A DNA stretch of 64,000 nucleotides from NCBI GenBank assembly GCA_014324115.1, contig JACOMS010000005.1, forward strand, positions 2,692 through 66,691, written 5' to 3'. The position numbers and the translations under genes were made by a program. Shown piece by piece: positions 1 through 11,553 of this stretch (the first letter of the stretch is position 1; the number at the start of each line of letters is the position of its first letter). The notes below the pieces were generated by a model. That model saw only the letters and a list, made by a program, of their open reading frames with translations, was not told the DNA's origin and searched no databases. Source of the stretch: Hyphomonadaceae bacterium (GTDB lineage: Bacteria; Pseudomonadota; Alphaproteobacteria; Caulobacterales; Maricaulaceae).

Positions 1-266
1 AGCTTGGCCAGCGCCCCCATATGGTCCTCATGGGCATGGGTCAGGACAATACCAAGGAGATTGTCCACATGGGCTTCGATATACTCCGTGTCGGGCATGA
101 TAATATCTATCCCGGGCGTGGTCAGATCGCCAAAGCTGACGCCTATATCGACGATGATCCATTTGCGGTCATGGGCCGGGCCGTAGCCGAAAAGATTAAG
201 ATTCATGCCGATTTCGCCGCTCCCACCCAGCGGGAGAAAGACGAGTTCGTCCGGATTTTTTACCAT
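1..266 (-). CDS. rnj: ribonuclease J, N-terminal part (gene runs off the left edge)
   Basis: Manual minus-strand translation from the ATG at 266 gives MVKNPDELVFLPLGGSGEIGMNLNLFGYG...GIVLTHAHEDHMGALAK. It has the metallo-beta-lactamase HxHxDH motif and no stop before position 1. The start lies 3 nt after the coaX stop. Confidence 0.7.
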   Translation of the reverse strand, partial: MVKNPDELVFLPLGGSGEIGMNLNLFGYGPAHDRKWIIVDIGVSFGDLTTPGIDIIMPDTEYIEAHVDNLLGIVLTHAHEDHMGALAK

Positions 267-269
267 AGT

Positions 270-1043
270 TCAAGTGTTTCGATTGAGCCGCCAGATTTCA
301 AGCAGCCCGTTAATGGCCAGATTCGGATCATAGATTTGAATGGTCCGGGACGCGCCCTCAAACAGGGACGCGACCCCGCCCGTGCCGATAACGGTGAATT
401 CACGGTCATCCTCCATGAGGATACGGCTTACGAGACCGTCAATCAAGCCGATATATCCCCAGAAGACGCCGGATTGCATGGCTTCGACCGTGTTTTTGCC
501 AATGACCCTGTCAGGTTGCCGGATCGCAATACGGGGGAGCTTTGCTGCCGCCTCATGCAGGGCGCGCATGGACAGATTGATACCGGGCGCGATGATCCCG
601 CCCTCGAAATTACGGTCACCTGAAACAATATCAAAAGTGGTCGCTGTGCCGCTATCAATGATAATGAGCGGACCACGATATCGCAGCACCGCGCCAAGCG
701 ATGTGACCAAACGATCAGCCCCAACCTCCCCGGGGTTGTCCGTGCGTACGCCTATGCCGATTTTCACACCCGATTCGCCGACAATGATGGGATCAATATC
801 AAGATGCCGCCGGGCCAGATTGCGGAAATTAAACAGCCCCTGCGGCACAACAGTCGAGATAACACAGTCGGAAATATCCGAGAAAGTCAGGCTTTGCATC
901 TCCAGCAGCTGGTAGAACCAGACGGCATATTCATCAGCCGTGCGGGTGGGGTCGGTGGCGATACGCCATTCAATCACCCAGGTCTTGCCGTCATGAATGG
1001 CAAAGAGCGTATTCGTATTGCCGCTGTCAATCGCAAGAAGCAT
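270..1043 (-). CDS. coaX: type III pantothenate kinase
   Basis: 257-aa ORF starting [12 protein letters not shown] (DSGNT phosphate-binding motif). The size and the birA-coaX-rnj neighbourhood are typical. Confidence 0.9.
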   Translation of the reverse strand: MLLAIDSGNTNTLFAIHDGKTWVIEWRIATDPTRTADEYAVWFYQLLEMQSLTFSDISDCVISTVVPQGLFNFRNLARRHLDIDPIIVGESGVKIGIGVRTDNPGEVGADRLVTSLGAVLRYRGPLIIIDSGTATTFDIVSGDRNFEGGIIAPGINLSMRALHEAAAKLPRIAIRQPDRVIGKNTVEAMQSGVFWGYIGLIDGLVSRILMEDDREFTVIGTGGVASLFEGASRTIQIYDPNLAINGLLEIWRLNRNT

Positions 1044-1778
1044 TCAGGTCCCCTCAAAGAAAACCTCGCCCACATGGACATCGCGAATGGTGCCATTATC
1101 AAGACGCACCTGCAAGGCGCCATTGGTGCCAAGTGTTTGAGCATAGCCGGAAAAAGAATCATTTTTGAGATTTACTGTGACACGCCCCGGCACCCCCACG
1201 GCACGACGCAGCCAGACAGATCGGATAGCCGCGAACCCTTGAGTGAGCTGAACGTGCCGCCAATGCTCAAACCGCGCCGCCAGAATGGCGAGTACGGTTC
1301 GCGGTTCCGGCACTCCGGGTTCTTCTGTTTCAAGATCATGACTCAACATGTGCGCCATAATGTGTGTCGTCGGATAGAGCGTATCTTCGGGATGATACAT
1401 CAGGTTAATGCCAATCCCGATGATGAGCCTGTTGTCGCATTTTTCAAGCAAAATACCGGCCGTTTTGGCTCCGTTGATAAGCACGTCATTGGGCCATTTC
1501 ACAGATACGCCTAGGGGGACGTACGCTTCAATGGTCTCGGCGACAGCAATAGAAGCGACAAAACCTGTCAAGGCGGCCTCTGTTGCGTTCCCTTCGTGAA
1601 TATAAAGCCCCGAGGTATAAAGGTTACCGGACCCGGATATCCATTCCCGACCGCGGCGTCCACGTCCCCTGGTCTGCACGTCGGCCCGTATCCAGAGCGG
1701 ACAAGGCTCGCCCTGTTCTGCCAGGTTACGGGCGGTCACATTAGTCGACTCGCAAGAGTCCAGATGCACAATACGCAA
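1044..1778 (-). CDS. birA: biotin--[acetyl-CoA-carboxylase] ligase (no N-terminal HTH, group I)
   Basis: 244-aa ORF with the GRGRRGREW biotin-ligase signature. It abuts coaX and nuoN. Confidence 0.88.
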   Translation of the reverse strand: MRIVHLDSCESTNVTARNLAEQGEPCPLWIRADVQTRGRGRRGREWISGSGNLYTSGLYIHEGNATEAALTGFVASIAVAETIEAYVPLGVSVKWPNDVLINGAKTAGILLEKCDNRLIIGIGINLMYHPEDTLYPTTHIMAHMLSHDLETEEPGVPEPRTVLAILAARFEHWRHVQLTQGFAAIRSVWLRRAVGVPGRVTVNLKNDSFSGYAQTLGTNGALQVRLDNGTIRDVHVGEVFFEGT

Positions 1779-1787
1779 AGCGTGACT

Positions 1788-3215
1788 CTAAAAGAGGCTG
1801 GTGGAAGCCTGCTCAACCCAGCCTCTGGCGGGTATGGCAATGAACGGAATAATTGTCAGGAAGACCATTGCGACGGAGACCGTCGATGTCCAGGCCAGCG
1901 ACGCCGGGGGGGCGATGAACTCACGCCCGCCCTCATCCATCCACATGATTTTGACAATACGCAAATAGTAAAACGCGCCAATGACACTGGCGATAAGGGC
2001 TGCGACGACAAGCCAGACCAAGCCGACAGAGGCGGCGTGCCAGAACGCAAACAACTTGCCGAAGAAACCGAGCAGCGGCGGAATTCCCATGAGAGAGAAC
2101 ATGAGAGCGGTCAGGGAGAACGCCATACCGCGATTGGTCCTTGACAAGCCGGAGAGGTCGCTGATCTGTTCGACCACGCCGTCGCGATTGCGCATCTGCA
2201 ATATGCAGGCAAAAATACCCGTGATGGAAATGATGTATATGGTCATGAAGATGAGCATACCGCGCACACCCTCCTCGCCCCCCGACGCGAGCGGTACAAG
2301 CGCGTAGCCCATATTGGCAATTGAGGAGTAGGCCATCAGACGCTTGATATTGGTTTGCATCAATGCGCCGACAGCACCGACAAACATGGACAGGAGCGCC
2401 AGCACGATAATAACGCTCTGCCATTGATCCATAATACCGTCGAACGGCCCGATAATGACGCGAGCCATGAGCGCGATGGCGGCAAGTTTTGGTGCGCTCG
2501 CAAAAAAGGCGGTCACAGGTGCCGGTGAACCTTCATAAACATCCGGCGTCCACATATGGAACGGTGCCGCAGAAATCTTGAACGCCAACCCGCAGAGGAT
2601 GAACACCATGCCCGCGATAACGCCGGAACTGTATCCATTTGACGCGACGGCGGCAGCGATACCGTCAAAGTCGACGGAGCCTGTAAAACCGTAGACCAAC
2701 GTAATACCGTAGAGGAGAAGACCCGATGATATAGCACCCAGGACGAAATACTTCAGCCCGGCTTCGGAGGCTCGCAGAGAGTCGCGATTGAACGCTGCCA
2801 TGACGTAAAGTGCCAGACTTTGCAGCTCAATACCGATATAGAGTGCAAGCATGTTGTTGGCCGAGACCATCACACCCATGCCGAGCACAGCATAGAGAAG
2901 CAAAACCGAAAATTCAAAATGGTCAAGCTTCTCTGTCTTGAGATAGGATTTGGACAATAACAGGGCCGCAGCGCCGGACAGTCCGAGAAAAAATTTGAGG
3001 TAATGCGCGTAGGCATCAATCATGAGCATGCCATTGGCCGCGGGGCCACTCCGCCCACCCAGCACCGGGCCAACAAGGGCATAGATCACCAGTAACGCAA
3101 TCGCAACATTGCGGATAACAGGTGCACGATTGCCCTTTTTGGACACGCCGATACCCAGCAGGAACGAGGCGCATAAGGCTAACAGGATTTCAGGGAGGAT
3201 GAGCTGATAATTCAT
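1788..3215 (-). CDS. nuoN: NADH-quinone oxidoreductase subunit N
   Basis: 475-aa polytopic antiporter-like protein and the last gene of the nuo operon. Confidence 0.93.
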   Translation of the reverse strand: MNYQLILPEILLALCASFLLGIGVSKKGNRAPVIRNVAIALLVIYALVGPVLGGRSGPAANGMLMIDAYAHYLKFFLGLSGAAALLLSKSYLKTEKLDHFEFSVLLLYAVLGMGVMVSANNMLALYIGIELQSLALYVMAAFNRDSLRASEAGLKYFVLGAISSGLLLYGITLVYGFTGSVDFDGIAAAVASNGYSSGVIAGMVFILCGLAFKISAAPFHMWTPDVYEGSPAPVTAFFASAPKLAAIALMARVIIGPFDGIMDQWQSVIIVLALLSMFVGAVGALMQTNIKRLMAYSSIANMGYALVPLASGGEEGVRGMLIFMTIYIISITGIFACILQMRNRDGVVEQISDLSGLSRTNRGMAFSLTALMFSLMGIPPLLGFFGKLFAFWHAASVGLVWLVVAALIASVIGAFYYLRIVKIMWMDEGGREFIAPPASLAWTSTVSVAMVFLTIIPFIAIPARGWVEQASTSLF

Positions 3216-3228
3216 GACTTATCCCCGG

Positions 3229-4755
3229 CTATTCCTGTCCGGTGGCTACGTTGAACCGGTTGATAAGGTTTTCGACCGACACGGCAGTGATATCTGTAAT
3301 CAGGGACGGATAAACACCAAGGACGATAACCATGACTGCAAGTGACGCGAGAACTGCTATTTCGTGTCGTTTCATATCTTCGATATTGTCGAGCTTATCG
3401 TTGCTCTGTTCGCCAAATATGACCGCACGATAGAGATGGAGCGCGTAGACGGCGGACAGAATCATGCCTGTAGCAGCCCCGGCGGCAATCCAGGAGTTGT
3501 ACTGGAACGCGCCGATCATGGTCAGGATTTCGCCGATAAAACCCGATGTGCCCGGCAGACCGACGTTAGCCATGGTAAACAACATCATGAAAAAGGCATA
3601 GACCGGCATGGCCTTCACAAGGCCACCGTAAAAAGCAATATCACGGGTATGCATGCGGTCATAAATGACGCCGACACAGAAGAAGAGCGCAGCGGAGATT
3701 AGTCCATGGGACAGCATCTGGAAAATCGCGCCCTGAATGCCCTGCATGTTGACCACGAAAATTCCCATGGTCACGAAACCCATGTGGGCCACGGAAGAAT
3801 AGGCGATGAGCTTCTTGATGTCTTTCTGGCGGTAGGCCACAAGCGATGTGTAGATAATGGCGATAATGCTCATCCAGAAAATCAGCGGCGCGAGCGATAC
3901 ACTTGCGTCCGGGAACATGGGTACGGAAAACCGCAGGAAACCGTAACCGCCGAGTTTCAACAGTATCCCCGCCAGAATAACAGATCCGGCTGTAGGAGCT
4001 TCGACGTGGGCGTCAGGCAACCAGGTATGCACGGGCCACATGGGCATTTTGACCGCAAAGGAGGCGAAGAAAGCGAGCCAGAGCCATGTCTGCGCCCCGA
4101 CAGGAAGATCAAGCTCATTTGACAAGGTCTCAATATTGGTCGTCGGCCTATCGAATTCCTGCGCCGCGTAACCGTAAATCCAAAGGACGGCAGCGAGCAT
4201 CAATACCGAACCAAGGAGCGTATAAAGAAAAAACTTGTAGGAAGCGTAGACCCGGTTCTTGCCGCCCCATACGCCGATTATGATGAACATCGGGATAAGC
4301 ACGGCTTCAAAGAACAGGTAAAACAGGATCAGGTCCAGCGCGCAGAAAACACCGATCATGAAGGTTTCCAAAATCAGAAACGCCACCATATACTCAATCA
4401 TACGGGACTTGATGGAGCTCTGGCTGGCGAAAATACAAAGTAGTGTCAGGAAGGCGGTCAACACGACGAAAAGCATGGATATACCGTCCACGCCCATACG
4501 GTATTCAATGCCGCCGCCGATCCAGGTGAAGGTTTCGGTGAATTGATAGTCCGCCGTGGACGGGTCAAAATTGAGGACCAGAAGCAGTGACAGGATAAAC
4601 ACAACGGTCGTCACAATGAGTGCCACGCGTGGCGCGTTTTTTTCGAGCTGTTCGAGAGCGTCTTCCCCGGAAATGTGCGTTATGAATATGAGAAACAACG
4701 CGACGATAAGCGGGATGAAAGTGATAATCGAGAGTATCGGGACATCATCAAACAC
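3229..4755 (-). CDS. nuoM: NADH-quinone oxidoreductase subunit M
   Basis: 508-aa antiporter-like membrane protein in the expected operon position. Confidence 0.93.
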   Translation of the reverse strand: MFDDVPILSIITFIPLIVALFLIFITHISGEDALEQLEKNAPRVALIVTTVVFILSLLLVLNFDPSTADYQFTETFTWIGGGIEYRMGVDGISMLFVVLTAFLTLLCIFASQSSIKSRMIEYMVAFLILETFMIGVFCALDLILFYLFFEAVLIPMFIIIGVWGGKNRVYASYKFFLYTLLGSVLMLAAVLWIYGYAAQEFDRPTTNIETLSNELDLPVGAQTWLWLAFFASFAVKMPMWPVHTWLPDAHVEAPTAGSVILAGILLKLGGYGFLRFSVPMFPDASVSLAPLIFWMSIIAIIYTSLVAYRQKDIKKLIAYSSVAHMGFVTMGIFVVNMQGIQGAIFQMLSHGLISAALFFCVGVIYDRMHTRDIAFYGGLVKAMPVYAFFMMLFTMANVGLPGTSGFIGEILTMIGAFQYNSWIAAGAATGMILSAVYALHLYRAVIFGEQSNDKLDNIEDMKRHEIAVLASLAVMVIVLGVYPSLITDITAVSVENLINRFNVATGQE

Positions 4756-4758
4756 CTA

Positions 4759-6795
4759 TCAACCTCCCGACGTCCCGAAGACCAGGGCAATGATGACGGC
4801 AAGACCGAGCAGCATCACAAAGGCGTAGTGATAGAGATAACCGCTTTGAAGCCCGGACAGGCGCCTGGCCCCGGCCATGGCAGCCTTGCCGATACCGTCA
4901 GGGCCGAAGCGGTCGATCAGTCCCTTGTCCCCGCGCTTCCAGAACAGATCGCCCAACCAGCGCGTCGCACGTACGACAGTCGCATCGTAAAGCTCATCAA
5001 TGTACCATTTGTTGAGCAAAAATCGGTATAGAGGTCCGCCTTCAGAGGCGATACGCCTCTGTGTGCCGTCATTGCGGATATACATGAACCAGGCGGTAAT
5101 GAAGCCGAGTGCCGAAACCAGAACCGGTGCCCACAGAACCCAGAGCGGGAAGTCATGATGGCCACCGCCATGGGCATCATCGACATGGTCTGCCCCGACA
5201 GCAGCATACGGATGGATCGGTGCGGGATCGGCGTGCATATCCGCAGGCAAAGCATGTCTCCAGAAGTCCGCCGCACCTTCGCCCACAAAGCCGTCATGGA
5301 ACACGGAGCCTGCAGCCATGGCACCAATGGATAGAATGAACAATGGGATGAGCATGACCCCTGGACTTTCGCGGGCATGGTTGATAACTTCTTTTTTGAC
5401 GCGGTGCCGTCCATGGAAAGTCATAAAGATCAGACGCCAGGAATAAAACGATGTCATCAGCGCCGCGATAACCCCGGCCCAGAACGCAAAGACTCCGGCG
5501 CTTGTGCCTGCCGCGTAGGCAGACTCAATAACCAGATCCTTGGAATGGAAACCTGCAAAGCCAAACTTGACATCGACAACACCGGGGATACCGGGGAAAC
5601 CGACTCCGGTCAGGGCCAGTGTACCGACAATCATGGCCATATAGGTGAGCGGGATGACTTTCCACGTGCCGCCCATTTTGCGCATATCCTGCTCATGATG
5701 CAAGGCATGGATAACGGAACCTGCGCCAAGGAAGAGTAACGCCTTGAAGAATGCGTGGGTAAAAAGGTGAAACATGGCCGCACTGTAGGCCCCGACACCG
5801 GCAGCAAAAAACATATAGCCGAGCTGTGAGCAGGTTGAATAGGCTATAACCCGCTTGATGTCATTTTGTACGAGAGCGACTGTGGCGGCAAACAGCGCCG
5901 TAAACGCTCCGATGACAGTAATAAATCCGGCAGTCACCGGCGCCATTTCGTAAATTGGAAAAACACGACAGACGAGGAACACGCCCGCCGTCACCATGGT
6001 TGCAGCATGGATAAGCGCAGACACGGGTGTCGGGCCCTCCATCGCATCAGGTAGCCAGACGTGCAGAATGAATTGCGCCGATTTACCCATCGCACCAACG
6101 AAGAGGAGGAACGCAATTAATTCGACGGCATTGATTTCCATACCAACAAAAGACACAATGCGATCAGAATTGTCGGCCAGGGTCGCAAAGACGGTATCAA
6201 AGTTGACAGAACCAAAGATAAAGAAGACAGCCATCACACCGAGCGCAAATCCAACATCCCCGACACGGTTGGTCACGAAAGCCTTGATGGCTGCGGCATT
6301 GGCAGACGGTTTTTTATACCAGAAGCCGATGAGCAGGTACGAGGCAAGCCCGACACCTTCCCAGCCGAAAAAAAGCTGGATGAAATTATCCGCTGTCACC
6401 AACATCAGCATGGCAAAGGTGAAAAGCGAGAGATAGGCAAAGAAGCGCGGCTTTCCGGGATCATTCTCCATATAGCCCCAGCTATAGAGATGCACGAGGG
6501 CGGATACGGTCGTTACCACGACGAGCATGACACCCGTTAACATATCGATCTTGAGCGCCCAGTTGGCGGTCAACCCGCCGACATCCATCCAGCGGAAAAG
6601 ATTGACTGTGGGCTCAATCCCCTTGTTATTATATATGTCAAAGAAAGCGACCCATGACAGGATGGCTGACAGGAAGAGCAGACCTGTCGCAATTGTCATA
6701 GATGGTTTGTCGCCGATCCTGCGCCCGAGGAACCCGGTGATCAGACAACCTAAAAGCGGGGCAAAGACGATGATTTTGTAAAGCAGCATCAGCAT
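4759..6795 (-). CDS. nuoL: NADH-quinone oxidoreductase subunit L
   Basis: 678-aa antiporter-like subunit with a long C-terminal region, in the expected operon position. Confidence 0.93.
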   Translation of the reverse strand: MLMLLYKIIVFAPLLGCLITGFLGRRIGDKPSMTIATGLLFLSAILSWVAFFDIYNNKGIEPTVNLFRWMDVGGLTANWALKIDMLTGVMLVVVTTVSALVHLYSWGYMENDPGKPRFFAYLSLFTFAMLMLVTADNFIQLFFGWEGVGLASYLLIGFWYKKPSANAAAIKAFVTNRVGDVGFALGVMAVFFIFGSVNFDTVFATLADNSDRIVSFVGMEINAVELIAFLLFVGAMGKSAQFILHVWLPDAMEGPTPVSALIHAATMVTAGVFLVCRVFPIYEMAPVTAGFITVIGAFTALFAATVALVQNDIKRVIAYSTCSQLGYMFFAAGVGAYSAAMFHLFTHAFFKALLFLGAGSVIHALHHEQDMRKMGGTWKVIPLTYMAMIVGTLALTGVGFPGIPGVVDVKFGFAGFHSKDLVIESAYAAGTSAGVFAFWAGVIAALMTSFYSWRLIFMTFHGRHRVKKEVINHARESPGVMLIPLFILSIGAMAAGSVFHDGFVGEGAADFWRHALPADMHADPAPIHPYAAVGADHVDDAHGGGHHDFPLWVLWAPVLVSALGFITAWFMYIRNDGTQRRIASEGGPLYRFLLNKWYIDELYDATVVRATRWLGDLFWKRGDKGLIDRFGPDGIGKAAMAGARRLSGLQSGYLYHYAFVMLLGLAVIIALVFGTSGG

Positions 6796-6799
6796 CGCT

Positions 6800-7126
6800 C
6801 TACCCCTTCATCAAATCAATGTCTTCGACAGCGATAGTGCCGCGGTTGCGGAAATAGACAACCAGGATAGCAAGACCGACTGCCGCTTCGGCAGCTGCCA
6901 CGGTCAGAACAAATAGCGCAAAAACCTGCCCGGCCAGCGGATCGGCTCCAGGGGCCACCGTCATGTGTGCGGCAAAAGCCACGAAATTAATGTTTACGGC
7001 CAACAGCATCAGCTCGACGCACATCAGAATGATGATGACGTTTTTGCGGTTTACGAAAATGCCGAACACGCCAATCGTAAATAGCAGGGCCGCGACGACG
7101 AGATAATGTGCAAGACCGACACTCAC
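6800..7126 (-). CDS. nuoK: NADH-quinone oxidoreductase subunit K
   Basis: 108-aa protein with three TM segments, overlapping the nuoJ stop by 4 nt. Confidence 0.92.
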   Translation of the reverse strand: MSVGLAHYLVVAALLFTIGVFGIFVNRKNVIIILMCVELMLLAVNINFVAFAAHMTVAPGADPLAGQVFALFVLTVAAAEAAVGLAILVVYFRNRGTIAVEDIDLMKG

Positions 7127-7722
7127 GGGCCGATCCCCTCGCCCGGTTCGATGTCAACCTTTTTTATCGCTGCTTCGCGGGTACGGGCGACCTGCCTGCC
7201 GACATCCTGACGACGCACACCGTCGCGGGCACGGTGGGTCAGAACAATCGCCCCGATCATGGCGACAAGAAGAACAAGTCCGACCCCTTCAAAGAACAAA
7301 GCGTAGTCTGTGTAGAGAACACTGCCGATTGCTTCGAGATTCGAGACTTCGGGATCAGTGTCGGGCACGCCGCTGTCGCCGAAGAAATAAGCTGCACCTA
7401 CCAGAACCATTTCAAGGAAAAGGATGAAAGCCATAACCAGCCCGAACGGTGCATATTGCAAAAATCCCTGTTTAATTTCGACGAAATCGACTTCGAGCAT
7501 CATGACCACAAAAAGGAACAGGACGGCGACCGCCCCGACGTAGACCATGATCAATAACAATGCGAGAAATTCGGCCCCCATCAGGATAAACAGACCCGCA
7601 GCAGAGAAAAATGTCAGGATAAGATACATGACCGAATGCACGGGATTACGCGCAGCCACAACCATGAAGGCAGCCATAACGGCGACAGCCGCCAAAAGGT
7701 AAAATGTGAGTGTAACCAACAC
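7123..7722 (-). CDS. nuoJ: NADH-quinone oxidoreductase subunit J
   Basis: 199-aa membrane subunit in the expected operon position. Confidence 0.9.
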   Translation of the reverse strand: MLVTLTFYLLAAVAVMAAFMVVAARNPVHSVMYLILTFFSAAGLFILMGAEFLALLLIMVYVGAVAVLFLFVVMMLEVDFVEIKQGFLQYAPFGLVMAFILFLEMVLVGAAYFFGDSGVPDTDPEVSNLEAIGSVLYTDYALFFEGVGLVLLVAMIGAIVLTHRARDGVRRQDVGRQVARTREAAIKKVDIEPGEGIGP

Positions 7723-7779
7723 AGTATCGCAATTCCCTCTGATCCGACCCTAAGTCCATTCGCCCTGAGCCCGCGTCCC

Positions 7780-8268
7780 TTAACGATAAGGTGCGTCGAG
7801 TTCCAGATTTTTCGCGATTTCTTTTTCCCATCGGTCCCCGTTTTCGAGGAGTTTCTCCTTATCGTAATAGAGCTCTTCACGGGTCTCGGTTGCGAACTCG
7901 AAATTCGGCCCCTCGACAATGGCATCCACCGGGCAGGCTTCCTGACAGAAGCCGCAATAGATGCACTTGACCATATCTATGTCATAACGTGTCGTGCGGC
8001 GAGAGCCGTCTTCGCCCGGCTCGGCTTCAATGGTTATCGCTTGCGCCGGGCAGATAGCTTCGCAGAGTTTACAGGCAATGCAGCGCTCTTCACCGCTGGA
8101 ATATCGGCGCAGCGCGTGTTCACCCCGAAACCGCGGTGAGATCGGGTTTTTCTCGAACGGGTAATTCACAGTTACGCTTGGGCGGAAGAAATACTTCAAT
8201 GCAAGCCGGAAGGCACTTGCAAAATCCATCAGTAATGCGCCGCGAACGGCCTGCTTTATGCGCAACAT
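7780..8268 (-). CDS. nuoI: NADH-quinone oxidoreductase subunit I
   Basis: 162 aa with two 4Fe-4S ferredoxin motifs, [12 protein letters not shown] and [12 protein letters not shown]. Confidence 0.95.
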   Translation of the reverse strand: MLRIKQAVRGALLMDFASAFRLALKYFFRPSVTVNYPFEKNPISPRFRGEHALRRYSSGEERCIACKLCEAICPAQAITIEAEPGEDGSRRTTRYDIDMVKCIYCGFCQEACPVDAIVEGPNFEFATETREELYYDKEKLLENGDRWEKEIAKNLELDAPYR

Positions 8269-8283
8269 TTATGTAACTCCAAT

Positions 8284-9351
8284 CTAGCCGAAAAACGTGA
8301 CCCACGCTGCGACACATGTGATTGATGCCAGCGAGATAGGCAGAAAGACCTTCCAACCCAGACGCATCAGCTGATCGTAGCGGTAACGGGGCACAATGGC
8401 TTTGACCATGGCGAACAGGAAGAACAGAAAGGCCGTCTTCAGGAAAAACCAGAAAACAGGCGGCAGGAACTGAACACCAATGTCAAACGGCGCATACCAT
8501 CCGCCGAGGAACAGGATGGTCATCATGGAGCACAGCAGCATGATGTTTACATATTCACCGAAGAAATACATCAGGAAGGGCGTGGAAGAGTATTCCACCT
8601 GATAACCGGCAACCAGCTCGGATTCAGCTTCGGGCAGGTCAAAGGGTGGACGGTTGGTCTCGGCGAGTGCCGAGATAAAGAACAACACACCCATGTAAAA
8701 CATGACGGGAAAAAGCAGGATATTCCATGGGTTCTTCATGACATTAATCCGGAACATGTGCCAGTTCCAGAAGCCGCCGGCCTGAGCCTCGACAATTTCG
8801 GTCAGGTTCATGGAACCCGCAAGCATGACCACTGTCAGAATAATGAACCCTATGGAGACTTCATAGGAAATCATCTGTGCCGCGGAGCGCAGCGCCCCCA
8901 TAAACGGGTATTTCGAATTCGACGCCCAGCCGCCAATGATGATGCCATAAACGCCGAGGGAAGAAATCGCCAGGACATAAAGCACACCGATATTTATGTC
9001 GGAAATCACCCAGCCGGGCGCGACAGGTATCACGGCCCAGGCCAGAAACGCCATGATCAACGTTATGACCGGGGCCAGAATGAACAGGAATTTGCTGGAG
9101 CCATCCGGGATGATAATTTCCTTGAAGAAGAATTTCAGTGCATCGGCAATGGTCTGCAACAGGCCGAAAGCGCCCACGACGTTCGGGCCCTTGCGCATTT
9201 GTGCCGCCGCCCAGATTTTCCGGTCGGCCAGGACAAGCGCTGCCACCAGCAACGCCAGCACAATAACAAAGGCCAGCACTTGCGCCAGTTTCAGCCCGAA
9301 CCAGACTGCGGGTGATACCTCGTTCCAGAAACCTGTGATGTGAGCATTCAT
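8284..9351 (-). CDS. nuoH: NADH-quinone oxidoreductase subunit H
   Basis: Polytopic ND1-like protein. I place the start at the internal ATG ([11 protein letters not shown]), which forms an ATGA overlap with the nuoG stop. The track ORF extends to 9393. Confidence 0.9.
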   Translation of the reverse strand: MNAHITGFWNEVSPAVWFGLKLAQVLAFVIVLALLVAALVLADRKIWAAAQMRKGPNVVGAFGLLQTIADALKFFFKEIIIPDGSSKFLFILAPVITLIMAFLAWAVIPVAPGWVISDINIGVLYVLAISSLGVYGIIIGGWASNSKYPFMGALRSAAQMISYEVSIGFIILTVVMLAGSMNLTEIVEAQAGGFWNWHMFRINVMKNPWNILLFPVMFYMGVLFFISALAETNRPPFDLPEAESELVAGYQVEYSSTPFLMYFFGEYVNIMLLCSMMTILFLGGWYAPFDIGVQFLPPVFWFFLKTAFLFFLFAMVKAIVPRYRYDQLMRLGWKVFLPISLASITCVAAWVTFFG

Positions 9352-11453
9352 TGCGCCGCTTCCCTGATTTCCGCATGGATCAGATCGGAACACTCCGCCA
9401 TGGTCGCGGAGGCGCGGGCAATGGGGTTGGTCAGGTAGAAATCCGTAATGGGGGATTTCAATATCTCTTCGCCCGGCTCGCCGACATCGCCCAGACCGGA
9501 CAAATCCAGTCTCTCATCCGACGCTGCAACGTGGTCGATGGAAGCGAATACCGGGTGGTCAACGAACAGCTTTTCCCGCAATTCCTCAATGTTGTCATAA
9601 GGCAGGGCTTTGCCCAGTCGCGCCGACAAAGCGCGGATGATAGCCCAATCGACCCTAGCCTCACCTTTCGGCGCGACAGCAGCAACACCCATCTGCACGC
9701 GGCCTTCAAGATTAACATATAACCCGTCCTTTTCGGTGTAGGCGGCTCCCGGCAGAATGACATCGGCCACATGTGCACCGACATCGCCATGTGAACCCTG
9801 ATAAATCACAAAAGCGTCCCTGAGTTTGGACGTATTAACTTCATCTGCTCCAAGTAAATATACGGTTTTAATATCACCGGACTGCGCCGAGTCCAAAATT
9901 TCGCTAGTGGACCTGCTGCCGTCATTCGGGATGAAACCCATATCCAGCCCGCCGACACGAGCCGCAGCATTATGGAGGATATTCCAACCGTTCCAGCCAT
10001 CTGTAATGACACCGAACCCGTCTGCCAGATCAGCGCAGGCTTTGAGCGTTCTGGCTCCGCCGGATCCGGCCAGTGCGCCCATGCCGATGATGACGGCCGA
10101 CCGCCTGGCGGATTGGAACTCACGGGCAAAACCTTTGGTCGAGTTGGTGAAATCGGCAATATCCTGTGCCGTCACGCCGACATGGTCATATTCATAGGTC
10201 AGGTCAGCCGCCTCTCCGATGAGGCCGATACGTGTTGTACCGGACAACCATGCTTTGCGGATGCGCGTATTCACCAAAGGCGCTTCAATTCGCGGGTTCG
10301 CCCCAATCAGGAGGATGGCGTCAGCATTTTCGATACCTGCCACTGTGGAGTTAAACAGGTAGGCTCCGCGGGAGTGTGCCGGAAGAGCTGCAGCGTCCTG
10401 ACGGCAGTCCTTGTTCCCTATACCCATAACATCGCAGAGGTCCTTTAAGGCTTTCATCGACTCGGCATCACACAAATCCCCGGCTAATACGCCAATGTGT
10501 CCGGTATCTCCGGACAGTTTCCCGGCCGCAACGCCGAGGGCTTCGTCCCATGATGCGGCGCTTAACTTGCCGTTTTTACGGATATAGGGCCTGTCAAGGC
10601 GCTGGCGACCCAACCCGTCCCAAACGAAGCGGGTTTTATCAGATATCCATTCCTCATTCACATCGTCATTGATGATGGGCAGGATACGAAGCACACGACC
10701 TGTGCGGCTGTCGACACGAATGTTTGACCCCACCGCATCCATGACATCAATGGATTGAACACTGTCAAGCTCCCAAGGCCGCGCATTAAAGGCGTAAGGC
10801 CTGGATGTCAGTGCACCCACCGGGCAAAGATCAATGACATTGCCGGATAATTCCGATGTAAGCGACTGTTCCAGATAGGTTGTGATTTCAGCGTCTTCGC
10901 CGCGGGATGCCAGTCCGATTTCCTGCACACCGGCCACTTCAGTGACGAAACGCACACACCGTGTGCATTGAATACAGCGTGTCATGATGGTCTTGACCAA
11001 AGGCCCCATGTGCTTGTCATCCACGGCGCGTTTATTCTCTTCAAAGCGGGAGCCGGAGCGCCCATAGACCATAGCCTGATCCTGCAGGTCACACTCTCCG
11101 CCCTGGTCACAGATCGGGCAATCCAGCGGATGGTTAATGAGCAGGAATTCCATCACGCCCTCGCGCGCTTTCCTGACGGTTTCGGAATTGGTGCGGATAT
11201 TCGCGGGTGTACCGTCACGGTTCGGGCGCAGGTCTTTCACCTGAAGCGCACAGGATGCCTGCGGTTTGGGTGCTCCGACCCACTCAACCAGACACATGCG
11301 GCAATTACCGGCCACGGACAGGCGTTCATGATAGCAGAACCGCGGAATCTCCGCCCCGGTCTCTTCACAGGCCTGCATAAGGGTCAGCTCGCCCGGCATC
11401 TCGTACTCCGTGCCGTCGATATTGATTTTGCAAAGATCAGTCATGACTCTCAT
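9348..11453 (-). CDS. nuoG: NADH-quinone oxidoreductase subunit G
   Basis: 701 aa with N-terminal Fe-S Cys clusters ([25 protein letters not shown]) and a molybdopterin-oxidoreductase-like body. An alternative start is the ATG at 11444 (MTDL...). Confidence 0.93.
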   Translation of the reverse strand: MRVMTDLCKINIDGTEYEMPGELTLMQACEETGAEIPRFCYHERLSVAGNCRMCLVEWVGAPKPQASCALQVKDLRPNRDGTPANIRTNSETVRKAREGVMEFLLINHPLDCPICDQGGECDLQDQAMVYGRSGSRFEENKRAVDDKHMGPLVKTIMTRCIQCTRCVRFVTEVAGVQEIGLASRGEDAEITTYLEQSLTSELSGNVIDLCPVGALTSRPYAFNARPWELDSVQSIDVMDAVGSNIRVDSRTGRVLRILPIINDDVNEEWISDKTRFVWDGLGRQRLDRPYIRKNGKLSAASWDEALGVAAGKLSGDTGHIGVLAGDLCDAESMKALKDLCDVMGIGNKDCRQDAAALPAHSRGAYLFNSTVAGIENADAILLIGANPRIEAPLVNTRIRKAWLSGTTRIGLIGEAADLTYEYDHVGVTAQDIADFTNSTKGFAREFQSARRSAVIIGMGALAGSGGARTLKACADLADGFGVITDGWNGWNILHNAAARVGGLDMGFIPNDGSRSTSEILDSAQSGDIKTVYLLGADEVNTSKLRDAFVIYQGSHGDVGAHVADVILPGAAYTEKDGLYVNLEGRVQMGVAAVAPKGEARVDWAIIRALSARLGKALPYDNIEELREKLFVDHPVFASIDHVAASDERLDLSGLGDVGEPGEEILKSPITDFYLTNPIARASATMAECSDLIHAEIREAAQ

Positions 11454-11553
11454 CTTCCCTTGTCATGGCTTTGGAGGCATTGAACGCGACCGATGGGGCC
11501 GCAAAAACTGCAAACAGGCTGCATCCGGTCAATACGGCAAACCGGTTCATCAT
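11437..11553 (-). CDS. small ORF (38 aa) between nuoF and nuoG, a putative exported or lipobox micro-protein
   Basis: Read manually; it is below the ORF-track cutoff. ATGATG begins on the base after the nuoF TAA, and the GGAG in the last nuoF codons can act as SD. Its TGA overlaps the nuoG start region. Product: [38 protein letters not shown]. Confidence 0.45.
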   Translation of the reverse strand: MMNRFAVLTGCSLFAVFAAPSVAFNASKAMTREDESHD

